NCBI RefSeq assembly: GCF_004010195.1
Contig: NC_057750.1
Location: 254,734 to 318,733 of the forward strand
Source of the DNA: Chiloscyllium plagiosum
Taxonomy: Eukaryota
Length of the DNA: 64,000 bases
Direction of reading: 5' to 3'
In this document: piece by piece, positions 24,697-36,730 of the stretch
How the letters are laid out: each line of letters opens with the position of its first letter
Position numbering within the stretch: the first letter of the stretch is position 1
Notes under the pieces: generated by a model
The model's database searches: none
Told to the model about the DNA's origin: nothing
Seen by the model: only the letters and a program-made list of their open reading frames with translations
Position numbers and translations under genes: made by a program

Positions 24697-25755
24697 CTTA
24701 AAGGTAGAAGACAGAGGGTAGTGGTGGAGGGTTGTTTTTCAGACTGGAGACCTGTGACCAGTGGAGTGCCATAAGGATCGGTGCTGGGTCCTTCACTTTT
24801 TGTCATTTACATAAACGATTTGGATGCAAGCATAAGAGGTACAGTTAGTAGGTTTGCAGATGACACCAACATTGGAGGACCAGTGGAGTGCCACAAGGAT
24901 CGGTGCTGGGTCCTCCACTTTTTGTCATTTACATAAACGATTTGGATGCGAGCATAAGAGGTACAGTTAGTAGTTTGCAGATGACACCAACATTGGAGGG
25001 GTAGTGGACAGTGAAGAGGATTAGGAGAAAGTGAGGACTGCAAATGCTGGAGACCAGAGTTGAAAAGTGTGGTGCTGGAAAAACACAGCAGGCCAAGCAG
25101 CATCTCGCAGATAGGTAGGATAGTGAAGAAGGTGTTTGGTATGCTTTCCTTTATTGGTCAGATTATTGGAGTACAGGAGTTGGGAGGTGATGTTGCAGCT
25201 GTACAGAACATTGATTAGGTCACTGTTGGAATATTGCGTGCAATTCTGGTCTCCTTCCTATCGGAAAGATGTTGTGAAACTTGACAGGGTTCAGAAAAGA
25301 TTTACAAGGATGTTGCCAGGGTTGGAGGGTCTGAACTATAGGAGAGGCTGAACAGGCTGGAACATGGAGGCTGAGGGCTGACCTTATAGAGGTTTACAAA
25401 ATCATGAGGGGCATGGATAGGATAAATAGGTAAAGTCTTTTCCCTGGGGTTGGGGAGTCCAGAACTAGACGGCATAGTTTTAGGGTGAGAGGGGAAAGAT
25501 ATAAAAGAGACCTAAGGGGCAACTTTTTCACACAGAGGGTCATACGGGTATGGAATGAGCTGCCAGAGGAAGTGGTGGAGGCTGGTACAATTGCAACATT
25601 TAAGAGGCATTTGGATGGGTATATGAATAGGAAGAGTTTGGAGGGATATGGGCTGGGTGCTGGCAGGTGGGACTCGAGTGGGCTGGGATATCTGGTTGGC
25701 ATGGATGGGTTGGACCGAAGGGTCTGTTTCCATGCTGTACATCTCTATGACACTA
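24697..25755 (+). mobile_element. CR1/HER1 LINE RT-to-3' fragment with internal duplication and a PLE scrap (25024-25103)
   Basis: [10 protein letters not shown] and FADDT motifs occur twice; LYRTLIRSLLEYCVQFWSP; WNELPEEVVEAG; 3' tail. Confidence 0.92.
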
Positions 25756-27004
25756 TAAATTACATGAATTCTGATGCTCTCTATGCTTGTTACAGTCACA
25801 AAACCTATTTTATTGATGGTGCTTTTTTACAAATCCTTTAAAGTGGGGCATCGAGAAAATGTCAGAATCATTCCTTATGTGATAATAGAAAGACTGCAGA
25901 GGACTTTGTAGCATTTATTTCACTACCTACCACATTAATAAGGTCTGCAGGCTTCACAAATGTAGCATTATTCTGTTTCACAATAATTAAGTGAACCTTC
26001 CTCACTTACCAGAGACCCCTGACACTTTCAGAGATGAACCAGGGACCCATTCTGCAGACTGAAGGCCTTGGTTTAACTTTTACAGTCTCATTTCTTACAG
26101 GATGTAACATGGAATGATAATGGCTGCAGTTTTAATCAACCTTGAAATCTACTTTCAGTCGCAAATAACCTTTAATGTTCATATATAAATCATTTCACAG
26201 GTTTAGGACTTTATTTTCGAGTTTGGTTTCTAGTCTTCGGGCATTTACACATGTTTTTGAGGTTACCTTGGTAATAGGCTGCAGGAGGAAAGGCCAGATA
26301 TGGGTGGAAAGCACATGGCTGTGAAAGAATTGAGGAACTGTTTGGTTGCAGCAATGGAGTAAATTTAACCGAATTGCAGATACTTCTGTAGCTGCTTCCA
26401 TCTTAAGCAAAAGCACTGATTCAGCTCCAGTTCTCCTTGTTTGCAAAGTTAATCACAGCCACAGCTGACAATTTGTTCAGGCCTGAAGTTCACCAGCCAT
26501 TTCGATAACGTGGGTTTGAACCGTGACAGAGGTGGGTTTTCTGACTGGGGTACCAGTCATGTTTTCTGTTGTGATGTGATGCTTGCATACATTTAAAGGG
26601 AGTGTATCTTAAATTGTGTCAATCACCTCATCAAGGTCCAATGTCATTAAAGTCAAAGTATCATGAGTGTGGTGGAAGTGTACACTCATAATCATGTCCC
26701 ACAAGCGGGTTGCCAAATATATAAAATTGAAATGAGACTACCAGAATAAACAATTTGCCTGATTGATTGCCTAAATCAGAAAAAAAAGCAACACACACCA
26801 GGTTTCAACAGTGACAGCAAACAACTTTACTTATTTTACACTTAACTTAAACAAAAGCAGGGAAAAGAAAATATTTCTAATCTACTAATATGTAACTTAA
26901 ATTATATCACTTCAAAAGTCCCAAATACACACACTCAATCATAATCTAAGGTAGGAAAAACCCAAATGATTTAACATTTTCACTGTTAGTCAAAAAAGTA
27001 ATAT

Positions 27005-27437
27005 TGCTGAAAATGTGTTGCTGGAAAAGCGCAGCAGGTCAGGCAGAATCCAAGCAGCAGGAAAATCGACGTTTCGGGCATAAACCCTTCTTCAGGAATG
27101 AGGACAGTGTGCCAAGCAGGCTAAGATAAAAGGTAGGGAGGAGGGACTTGGGGGAGGGGCTTTGGAAATGCGATAGGTGGAGGGAGGTCAAGGTGAGGGT
27201 GATAGGTGTTGCCATGGTCTGGCGATGGAGGAGTCCAAGGACCTGCATGTCCTTGGTGGAGTGGGAGGGGGAGTTAAAGTGTTGGGCTATGGGGTGGTTG
27301 GGTTGGTTGGTCCGAGTGTCCCAGACGTGTTCTCTGAAACGTTCCGCAAGTAGGTGGCCTGTCTCTTCCAGCCCTGTCTCTTCCAGCAACACATTTTCAG
27401 CTCTGATCTCCAGCATCTGCAGCCCTCACTTTCTCCC
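27005..27437. mobile_element. Fold-back PLE (family A) with a GIY-YIG fragment and 14-bp TSD
   Basis: Minus ORF ETGHLLAERFREH...HPIAQHFNSPSHS...MQVLGL; inverted terminal arms; TSD caaaaaagtaatat at 26991-27004 and 27438-27451. Confidence 0.9.
27066..27097 (-). ncRNA. Minimal hammerhead ribozyme motif
   Basis: Reverse strand: tc CTGAAGA agggt-ttat-gccc GAAACGTC ga. Confidence 0.65.
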
Positions 27438-28597
27438 CAAAAAAGTAATATAGACAGGGTCAATAAAATTCTCTAGATTGAAAGTCCAGATTTCAAGGAA
27501 TGGTTAAATTGTCTGACACAGTCTTTAGTGATTTTTAGCACCAACAAAATCCTTTTCATTTGTCGGGAGGCGATGGTAATGGTTTGATTTGATGGTTGAC
27601 CAGTTGGACCTAGGTCTTTTCTTTGAATTTTTTAAAACTGTTTGTGCTATTCCCACATAGAGAGAGAGAGTGGAGAGATGGACACATGCTGCCTGAAGGT
27701 TCTGCATGCTCCTCTCTCCTCTGCTGCCCTTACATTTCTAGCTTTTTAGTTACAGCTTGACTAATCAGTAGGCTGTTGTCGGGCAGAATTTCATCAACTG
27801 AAAAGACACTGGGTGCCACTCAGTCTCCAATTCTCCCTCTCACTGCTTCAGAAAGCAACTTGCTTTTCACATGTCAAAAAATATACAACATTGATTTGTC
27901 ACAAAACTCTGCTGATATTTTCGCAATATCACAGCCCAAATTCAATTTCAGTTCACAATCCAAAAAGGTAAACCGTGTAATCTCTTACAACAGCAGTGGA
28001 TGGTAGGTCAGATTTGTGTATTTAGCATCCCAGTGAACGTTTCTGTATGCAATCATATCGTAAAATAAATATCACACGTTATTGTTCCAGAAATCCTTGT
28101 CACGTGATTGGTGCACCTACATCGAAGATAAAAGCTGCAACATTTTTATAGAGGTGAGGCCTTGCCATCCAGCACAACCCTGAGGTCTCTCAGTTTGACA
28201 GGTTTGATCCCATCGGGTGGGGACTGTTTTGAGGACAACAATGATCTGGAAGCACGTAGCTAGGTTACTGACAGAATTGGGGGCTGGGGGGTCAGGAAAG
28301 TGCATTAGTCTAGGAACCTCAGAGGAGTCATCTTCATTGCCCTCACGGAACCTGCTTTCAGAAATCCCACAACTTCTGATTATCCCAGTCTTACAAAATG
28401 AGCAGCATTATTTCCACATTCCTGGAGATATGTGTCATTGGCTTAGTTCATGATTATTGTATAACTGCCCTCCAGAGGGTAAAGGTGAGCTGATAGATTC
28501 TTGAAATCTGTATTGGCCAAACAATCTGTCACATCACTGTGGGTCTGCAATCACACTTAGGTTACACTGGGTCAGGTTATCAGATAACCTTTCCTTG

Positions 28598-28903
28598 AGG
28601 GTGGCACAGTGGAAGCACTGCTGCCTCACAATGCCAGGGACATGGGTTCGATTACCCTCGGGTGACTGTCTGTGTGGAATTGGCATATTCTCCCTGTGAC
28701 TGTGTGGGTTTCCTCTGGATGCTCTGGTTTCCTCCCACGATCCAAAGATATGCAAGTTAGGGTGGGTTGTCCAAGCTAAATTGATCATAATATCCAGGGA
28801 TGTGCAGGCGGGGTGGGTTAGCCACAGGAAATGCAGGGTAACAGGGATGGAGTGGATTCAATGGGCCAAAGGGCCTGTTTTTACAGTGCAGGGATTCTAT
28901 GAA
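28598..28903 (+). mobile_element. HE1-type SINE with tRNA-derived head
   Basis: A-box-like ggtggcacagtgg, B-box gggttcgatt, HE1 body, gggattctatga tail. Confidence 0.85.
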
Positions 28904-30059
28904 AGGGCATTATTAAAGCAGTTAAGTTTTAATGACAACCTGTAGTTTTATCATCATTGGTCTGACAATAGCCCTTTCCTCTGGACTTTTCTTCCCCAAC
29001 TGAATTTAAATGATATTCGTTTATGCCCCTGGATCTATACTCAGGGACGTGCAGTTTCTATAGGCATTGGGATGCTGGGTTAGTCAGAGCAACAAAATTC
29101 CCAAGTCCAATCCTCATTTGTTTATCTTAACATAAATATTAATTGTGAAGCAACTGAAACCGACAGCATATTGAAAATTGGCACAGCTTTCCATATTTCA
29201 AAACAACATTAATCACATCATCAGCATTCTGAATACTTTAAACACAAACTCCTACATTGTTAATGTTTTATATGTAAATACACAAAATGATCAATTCATT
29301 AACATGCAGAAAATCCTTGTCACCTTGGCTCAGTTTGTAATGTTCTTATTTGAAGTTTTACTATTCTGGGCTAGGGGACTGTCACAATTGCAGAATTCCA
29401 TAGTTTAATAACTATAAACTTGACTCTTTTATTCCAAACACACAATTCTGAATCTCCAACACTGAGAACGATAGAAACAATGATGAACACTGAGACTATC
29501 ACCTACAAGTCACATCATTATCCTGTTGGAGAAATATATCCCTTTTCCTTCAAGCTGTTTTGGATACTTTTGTTTTTAGTTTCATCCCCTGAAGAAACTT
29601 TTAATCCCCAAGAATATATCTTCATAGAACTAGTAAAAATAAATCACAAAACATTTGACCTGAATATTACTAAATTTGCAATGAAATTCAACTTGGCTCC
29701 ACGTTGCATGTTCCGTTGTAAGGTGCCTCTATACGATTGCTCCAATCTTATTATTTACAATATACATTCCATGTCAGGCATACAGCCCAAGGGCAAAACA
29801 TTTCAAATTGCAAATTAAAGTAAGAGTAATGGAAATAAACTTGTCCCCATGCATTATGTTCCACTCTGAGGTACCTCAACACAAGTTCAATAATTGTAAT
29901 TTTCACAATGTACATTCTCTGCAAGGCACAATGCTCTAGGGTCTTTCTTTAACTTATTCTCCTCAAAGGAGGGTTTGGTCAGTAGAGAGTTGCAGGATTT
30001 CTTGATGATCATCACAGTCAATGTTCTGAACACCCTCCCTCCTTATTTTTTACTGCTTC

Positions 30060-30390
30060 CATGTCATTGCACCATCTACAAGATCCACTGTAGAAATTCA
30101 TCAAGGCTCCTGAGGCAGTGTTTCTCAAATCCACGACCACTTCCATCTCAAAGGAAACAGGGAGCAGAAAAGTAGGAACAACTCCCCCGCAGGTTCCCTT
30201 CCAAGCCATCCTGACTTGGAAATATAACACTGTTGCTGCAGTGTTGCTGGGTTAAAATCCAGAAATTCTATCCCTAACAGCATTGTGGGTCAACCTATAA
30301 TGCATGGGCAGCAATGGCTCAAGAAAGCAGCTCACCACCAACTCTCAAGGTCAACTACAGATGGGCAATAAACACAGCCACATCCCTATT
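30060..30390 (+). mobile_element. Second-family LINE 3' part
   Basis: CTIYKIHCRNSSRLLRQ; aaagcagctcaccaccaactctcaagg...gatgggcaataaa. Confidence 0.7.
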
Positions 30391-30470
30391 AAATATTGAC
30401 TAAAAATGAAATGAGGCAGAGTCTTGGTTAGTTTTAATGGAGGAGATATTTTGCTGCTCTCTGTTTGCTT

Positions 30471-31064
30471 TTACTTCTTTGATTGATGACTGTCCCATTT
30501 GCAGTCTTACAGATAACAGTTGCAGCTGGCTGTCATGTGGCAGACTTGTCGCAGGGCTGTCCGATGGAGACTGCGTAACTACAGCTTCTCCCAAGAGAGA
30601 AGCTGAAGAGAAGCAGGAGAACCATTCCCTTACCATCCACTTCCAGTTTCGCTGGCCTGCCATCTGATGGTCTAAATCCCAAAGGGATCCTGATGTTGGT
30701 GCACTTCCCAATCTTGTGGCCATACCTGGTTAGGAAGGTGAGCACACCAAGGATGGGGATATGAAGGTTGTGGAATTGTACAGTCACTTATTCTGCGGCA
30801 GTAGCAAAGTAGACAGTGAGGATTTTCAGCTGTGGCAAGTGTTTTTTCCCCTTTGAAGGCTTTGAAGAATTTCATTTTTGCAGCAATATGCTTTAAGATC
30901 ATGCCAAAGTATCAGGCACTAGGCAAGTCCTACAGGCATAGATGTTGGAACCTTCAAACAGACAAGATTCCAGAAAAATCTTCTTCATGATGGAAGTACA
31001 GTCGACGAGCGTACCTCTTTCATCATATTTCATTCCAAACTGTCCTAATGATGTTACGTACCCT
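30471..31064 (-). pseudogene. Decayed L1/Tx1-clade ORF1 (ZCCHC3-like CCHC zinc-knuckle protein)
   Basis: Joined across frameshifts: VRNIIR..GTLVDCTSIMKKIFLESCLFEGSNIY..L*DLPSA*YFGMILK..FFKAFK..VTVQFHNLHIPILGVLTFLTRY..DPFGI*T..LEVDGKG..FSLGRS..GQP..CDKS.HMTASC..VICK.CKWDSHQSKK; motif order matches fish Tx1 ORF1 as I recall it. Confidence 0.7.
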
Positions 31065-31446
31065 GCAGTGTGGGGTTCTGAGAGACAAAGCCATCTCCTG
31101 CCTGATTGTAGTCTCTCTCACACTCTCCAGACCATTGTCCTGGAAGGTGTTACCCATCAGCATGCAGCCATGTTAGCATCAGAGAGACGACAACGGTTCA
31201 AGAGGGGCTCTTGCCAACAGCTTGTTAGAGCAGGTAAGGATGGATCATTAATACCAGATTTTCCAGAGACACTCAAATCTCAAAAACAAATATTTCAAAA
31301 ATGATTTGGCACGTCCCTAAAGTAGCAAGTCTACTTAAAATTAATACAAACGTGTTAAGTATATTTCTGCTGAATTAACAGGGATTAAACCAGGATTGAA
31401 CAGTCAGGGCTGCTAGTCCTTACGTGGTAGGGAACTGATCCATGGA

Positions 31447-31659
31447 GGTAAAAACAAGGACTGCAGATGCTGGAAACCAGATTTTGGATAAGAGTGGTGC
31501 TGGAAAATCACAGCAGGTCAGGCAGCATCCGAGGAGCAGGAAAATCGACGTTTCCGGCAAAAGATTCCTGATGAAGGGCTTTTGCCCGAAACGTCGATTT
31601 TCCTGCTCCTCGGATGCTGCCTGAACTGCTGTGCTTTTCCAGCACCACGCTAATCTAGA
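31447..31659. mobile_element. Fold-back PLE terminal-repeat unit with 14-bp TSD
   Basis: Inverted arms meeting near 31563; TSD aactgatccatgga at 31433-31446 and 31660-31673. Confidence 0.92.
31566..31597 (+). ncRNA. Minimal hammerhead ribozyme motif
   Basis: tc CTGATGA agggc-tttt-gccc GAAACGTC ga; intact core, short stem I. Confidence 0.72.
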
Positions 31660-31882
31660 AACTGATCCATGGACTCTATCGTAAACATTTAAACCAGCTG
31701 CTTGTCTCCAAACTTACTGCCTGGAATGAGGCTGGAACCAAAATCTTCTACCAAAAGAGTGCCCGGCAAACTGACCATATGGCAATGGATAAATCAAACA
31801 GCCCATACCCAATGGTGGACAAAATGAGGCTGATTGAATAGGGTCCCAGCTGAGAGGACACATTTCTAAAAAACTTCACATT

Positions 31883-32380
31883 ACTGCATTCAGTTCTTCA
31901 CTCCCTGCTATAGGAAAGCTGTTGTTAAACTTGAACAGGTGCAGAAAAGGCATTGCTGAGGTGGAAGGGATTGAGCTATACGGAGAGGCCGAGCAGGCTG
32001 GGGCTGTTTTCCCTGAAGCGTCAGAGGCTGAGGGGTGGCCTTATAGAGGTTTATAAAAGTCATGAGGGGCATGGATAGAGTAAATAGACAAAGTCTTTTC
32101 CCTGGAGTGCGGGAGCCCAGAACTAGAGGGCACGGGTTTAGGGTAAGAGGGGAAAGATATAAAAGGGACCTGTATGGAATGAGCTGTCAGAGGAAGTGGT
32201 GGAGGCTGGTACAATTACAACATTTAAAAGGCATCAGGATGGTTACATGAACAGTAAGGGTTTAGAGAGATATGGGCCAAGTGCTGGCAAATGGGACTGG
32301 ATTAATTTAGGATGTCTGGTTGGTATGGTCAAGTTAGATTAAAGGGTTCGTTTCTGTGCAGTGCATTTCTATGATTCTAT
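31883..32380 (+). mobile_element. CR1/HER1 3' fragment
   Basis: MRGMDRVNRQSLFPG..RTRGH; (ctatgatt)n tail. Confidence 0.88.
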
Positions 32381-32404
32381 AAGTCTTGCCCACCAGCCCC
32401 TCAT

Positions 32405-33525
32405 TACAAGAAAATGGTCAGAGTGAGGGGTGGGCTGATCAGGAATAGTGGAGGGAACTTGCGCCTAGAGTCAGAGGAAATAGGGAAGGTCCTTAGTGAA
32501 CACTTTGCTTCAGTCCTCACTACTGAGAGGGACCTTGACAGTTCTGAGTACAGCATGAAACAGACTGATATGCTCAAACAGGTTGATATTAGAAAGGAAG
32601 ATGTGCTGAAAATTTTGAAAAACATAAAGATAGATAAGTCCCCTGGGCCAGAAGCGATATACCCGAGGTCCCCTGGGCCAGAAGGGATATACCCGAGGTC
32701 CCCTGGGCCAGAAGGGATATACCCGAAGTCCCCTGGGCCAGAAGGGATATACCCAAGGTTAATGTGGGAAGCAAAGAACAAGATTGCTCTGCCTTTGGTA
32801 ATGATCTCACTGTCCACTGGAGTAGTGCCAGATGATTGGAGGATGGGAAATGTTATTCCCTTGTTCAAGAAAGAGAATAGGGATAACCCTGGGAATTATG
32901 GACTAGTCAGTCTTATGTCAGTAGTGGGCCAAGTATTGGAGAGAATTCTGAGAGACAGGATTTATGATTACTTGGAAAACCATAGTTTAATGAGAGATAG
33001 TCAGCATGACATTGTGAGGAGCAGGTCATACCTCACAAGTGTTATTGAATTCTTTGAGGATGTGGCAAAGCACGGTGATAAAGGTAGAGCAGTGGATGTG
33101 GTGTATATAGATTTCAGCAAGGGGCTTGAGAAGATTCCGCATGGTAGGCTCAGAAAGTAAGGAGACCAAAAAAGTAAGGAATGAAGAAGGATGAGAAGTG
33201 ATTTGATAGAGATGTACAAGACGTTGAGAGGTATTGATAGAGTGGATAGCCAGAGACTTTTTCCAAAGGTGGAAATGTCTATTAGGAGGGGGCATAATTT
33301 TAAGGTGATTGGAGGAAGAGTTTGGGGAGATGCCAGAGGTAGGTTCTTTACGCAGAGTGGTGGGTGCGTGGAATGCACTGCCAGTGGTGGTAGTAGAGTC
33401 AGAGACATTAGGGACATTTAAGTGACTGTTATGTAGATGATAGCACAATGAATGGTATGTCGGTTAGTCTGATCTTAGAGTAAGATACAAGATCAGCACA
33501 ATATTGTTCTGTATTCTATGTTCTA
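32405..33525 (+). mobile_element. CR1 ORF2 fragment with internal deletion and a 4x30-bp in-frame tandem
   Basis: ORF 32414-33160 is the same subfamily as 2934-5394; it jumps from IPHGRL straight to the C-terminal region near 33160-33180. Confidence 0.92.
32636..32755 (+). repeat. 30-bp tandem x4 encoding (K/R)SPGPEGIYP
   Basis: aRgtcccctgggccagaagggatatacccR repeated four times. Confidence 0.97.
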
Positions 33526-34133
33526 ATACTCTCTGGGTTTGACAGAACTTGGATGTCAGTAGTGATGTTGTGCTGAAATTCTTTCCGAGTATTGAATCCA
33601 CACTTTGTATCACTTAACTGGGTTACAGTGAAAGCACATTTGTGTTAAAAATGGAGATTGCAATCTGACAGCTTTATTGAAACTCAGTGAGTAACAAAAG
33701 CAAACTGAAGCAATGATTCCTAATCGCCCTGAAAAATGCTGTTCACAGGAGCTGCTGCCAAAAACAATGCAGTGAAGCTAATTTACCGCTGAGCACGTGT
33801 ATGTAAACGAGAACACATTCATTTCAGAGTTCATATCTCATTTAAGCACTTCACTTAAATGAGTGGTGCTCAAAATCATAGATTGACACCAGAGATTTCA
33901 AACACTTGAATCCCAGATGCACTGAAGAGTAAAGAATTCTATTCTGTCTCCCACTCTCTTGTGTTCACTTGTCAAAAATATTAAATCTAAGTTATTTGTG
34001 CGTGGAGCTCTAATCAGAAGTAAAAGTGAAATTCAATTGTAAACATCTCAAACTGTGAAGATACAGGAAACGTCTGTAATGAGACAGGATCTGTTCTGGG
34101 GCTCAGACTGACTGTGAGGCCAGAGCTCCTAGG

Positions 34134-34260
34134 GGAGAAAGTGAGGTCTGCAGATGCTGGAGATCAAAGTTGAAACTTTATTGCTGGAACAGCACAGCAG
34201 GTCAGGCAGCATCCAGGGAACAGGAGATTCGACGTTTCGGGCACAGGCCCTTCTTCAGGA
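34134..34260 (-). mobile_element. PLE terminal repeat (family A variant)
   Basis: ggagaaagtgaggtctgcagatgctgg...gacgtttcgggcacaggcccttcttcagga. Confidence 0.88.
34228..34260 (-). ncRNA. Minimal hammerhead ribozyme motif
   Basis: Reverse strand: ttc CTGAAGA agggc-ctgt-gccc GAAACGTC gaa; 3-bp stem I. Confidence 0.7.
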
Positions 34261-34628
34261 AACAATTGTCCTAGGGAACAATTGTCCTAGGGAACAATTG
34301 TCATCAGTCCTCAGGCTTCTTACTTTGGGACTGAATCTAGGTCCAGAAACCATGGCAACGGGGAGTCCTCAGGATGAGAAAACGGCCTTGACTAATTCTA
34401 ACAAAGCCTCAGAAACCATCTCCCACTCAGAGTGAATCTCAGCATCAATGGCATCCAACAATTTACATGTTCCTACAAAGTTACTCCTGACATAATTTAA
34501 TCTGAACGTGAGAACAGATTTTAAGTTAGCGAGTTGGCACCTTCCTAAAGTAGTAAAGTAATTTATTCTGTTAGAACACCATTATGCATATTTTACAGTT
34601 TAATTAATTGGCACTAAGACTAGATTCA

Positions 34629-34839
34629 CAGGAGGCTGGAAGAACACAGTGAGCCAGGCACCACCAGGAGGTGGAGAAGTCGACGCTTCGGGTGTAACCC
34701 TTCCTCAGGACTAAAGAAAAGTTACACCCATAAAGTCAACCTCTCCACCTCCTGATGCTGCCTGTTTGCTGTGTTCTTCCAGTCTCCTGCCTGTCTATTT
34801 TGAATTCCAGCATTTGCAGGTGCTTTTTTGTCTCTAACC
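34629..34839. mobile_element. Older fold-back PLE unit with 13-bp TSD
   Basis: Inverted arms; reverse strand gtc CTGAGGA agggttacaccc GAAGCGTC gac; TSD aagactagattca at 34616-34628 and 34840-34852. Confidence 0.85.
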
Positions 34840-35344
34840 AAGACTAGATTCAGCAGAAAAAGGCTCTCTTCTTATTGGCTGGCAGGTGCTGTTTGCTCTG
34901 GGCATATCTGTAACTGGTAACGTGGAGCCTTTAAATGTGGAGAATCAACTGGGGATCCTGTTCCCAATTCCTGGCCAATGGTCGCTGGGTTAGAGAGGAA
35001 AAGAAAGAAATAAAGACAGAAAGAGAGAAAGATAGAGGGACAAAGAGAGACTGTGGGTATCAGCCAAGGTCTGTTGCCAGTTATTGTGTGTAGATATTTT
35101 ATTCCAGTCTTCCAGACCATGAATGATGAGAGAACTGAGCTCAGCTGTGCCTCCCTATGTGGTTAAATAGCCCACTTTGTCCACATTGAGCAATGGGGAG
35201 TCGACAAGGACAAGGGAGAGTAGCTTTCCCTGTAGCCAGCTGCACTACCAGACAGAGAAGATAAGATTCCTGCTGTTTACTCCTGAAAAATATCTTGGGA
35301 AACTGGTCCCATGGTGGGTGGGTGGGTGTGTGTGTGTCACAATG

Positions 35345-35640
35345 ACTGAGTACAAGCCTGAGTGAGAGAGAGTGAGTGAGTGTGTGATGAGTGAAAGAGT
35401 GTGAATGACTGAATGAGTGTGAGCGTGAGTGCGAGAGTTTGAGAATGAGTGAGGGGGAATGTAAGTGAGGGCGAGAGTTAGTGAGTGAGTGCAAGTGTGA
35501 GTAAGTGAGTGACTGAGTGAGAGAGTGCGAGTGACTGAGTGAGTGTGAGAGTGAGTGCGAGAGTTCGAGAGTGAATGAAGGTGAGAGTGAGTGAGTGAGT
35601 GAATGTGAGATTGAGTGCATGCATGAGTGAGTGAGTGAGC
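35345..35640. repeat. Degenerate (GAGT)n / GA-GT simple repeat
   Basis: gagtgagtgagtgt... tract, which explains the His/Ser/Leu-rich ORF 35141-35785. Confidence 0.9.
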
Positions 35641-36419
35641 GTACCCAGGAATGGGCTGCAGATTCTGAGATATTTATTGAGGAGCTGGTGGAGGACAATG
35701 ACCTGGTTCTCGCTGTGGGTAACAGCTTGTCCTTGAAAAGAATAATGTCAGATGCATGAAAGATGAAGTCTTCTTGCCTCCTCAATCACATTTTTTCTTA
35801 TTTATTAATAGGATGCAGGAGGAAACCCGAGATCAGATGCTGACTGGAAAGAGACTTCCAAAGACTTCTGTTTCATCTGGTCTTGTCTTATTGATCAATC
35901 TCTAGCAAGTTCACAAGGCTGTCATGTGATCTTCTGTATAGACCAGAGATCAATAATTTCCATATCTCCTTCTTCAAACACTCAGTGCAGCAAGAGAAGA
36001 GCTGCACATTTCAAAAATAGATTTTCTTCAAAGAAATGAAGACAGACACGTTGAGATACACATTGACAGGGGTGTAGAGAAAGATTATCTTTTGAAATTC
36101 AGAATTTTTATCTGTTCAGTTTCAAATGGCCCATTTATTTGGAAGTTTACTTGGGCTTCAAAGGCAACATTGAAAATAATCAAAGTATCCGATGTCTCGG
36201 AGGCAGGATAATGAGCTAACTGAAGTGCACACAGCTTTAGAGTAGCATGCAATATTGTCAGCATGACCTATGTTTTACAGATAGTACATTATTTGGATTA
36301 TCCCTGCATATCCTGAGACACGGAATGGTTTAATGAATTTCACATACTTTTAGTCAGATTCAGCCATTCTAGGGTTGGTCACTTCCTCGTTTCCCAGGGT
36401 CAAAATTCCAATAAGCCCA

Positions 36420-36730
36420 GACAAATAGGAACAGGAATAGGTCATTTGCCCCTATGAGCCTGCCCCACTATTCAATAGGATCATGGCTGATCCCATATTC
36501 CTCACGCCCACTCTCCTGCCCTTTCATTTTAACCCTTGATTTCCTGACTGATCATGAATCTATCTCAGCCTTAATATACACAAGGACTCTGCCCCCACAG
36601 CTCTCTTTGGGGCAAGGAGTTCCAAAGCCTCACAACCGTCTAAGAGAAGAAATTCCTTTCATCTTCATCTTAAATTGGCGCACCTTTATCCTGAGACTAT
36701 GGACCCTGGTCCTAGACTGCCCCATAACGG
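36420..36730 (-). mobile_element. CR1 3' fragment
   Basis: aataggaacaggaataggtcatt...ggatcatggctgat...ggagttcca...ccctggtcctagac. Confidence 0.8.

Noticed and set aside
28598..28670. tRNA-like A/B boxes (also at 46018, 38690-38754 and 59190-59256)
   Set aside because: These are SINE heads running into the HE1 body, with no full cloverleaf, so not tRNA genes.
29178..29818. Two adjacent AT-rich ORFs
   Set aside because: Non-ATG starts, no motifs, and composition typical of non-coding DNA.
31447..31659. Fold-back units as DNA-transposon MITEs
   Set aside because: Arms are asymmetric, TSD length varies from 13 to 16 bp, and the sequence matches the terminal repeat of the RT-bearing Penelope copy.
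35141..35785. His/Ser-rich 214-aa ORF and adjacent acidic stretch (QEWAADSEIFIEELVEDNDLVLAVG)
   Set aside because: Mostly the reverse translation of a (GAGT)n repeat; the flanking peptides match nothing I recognise.
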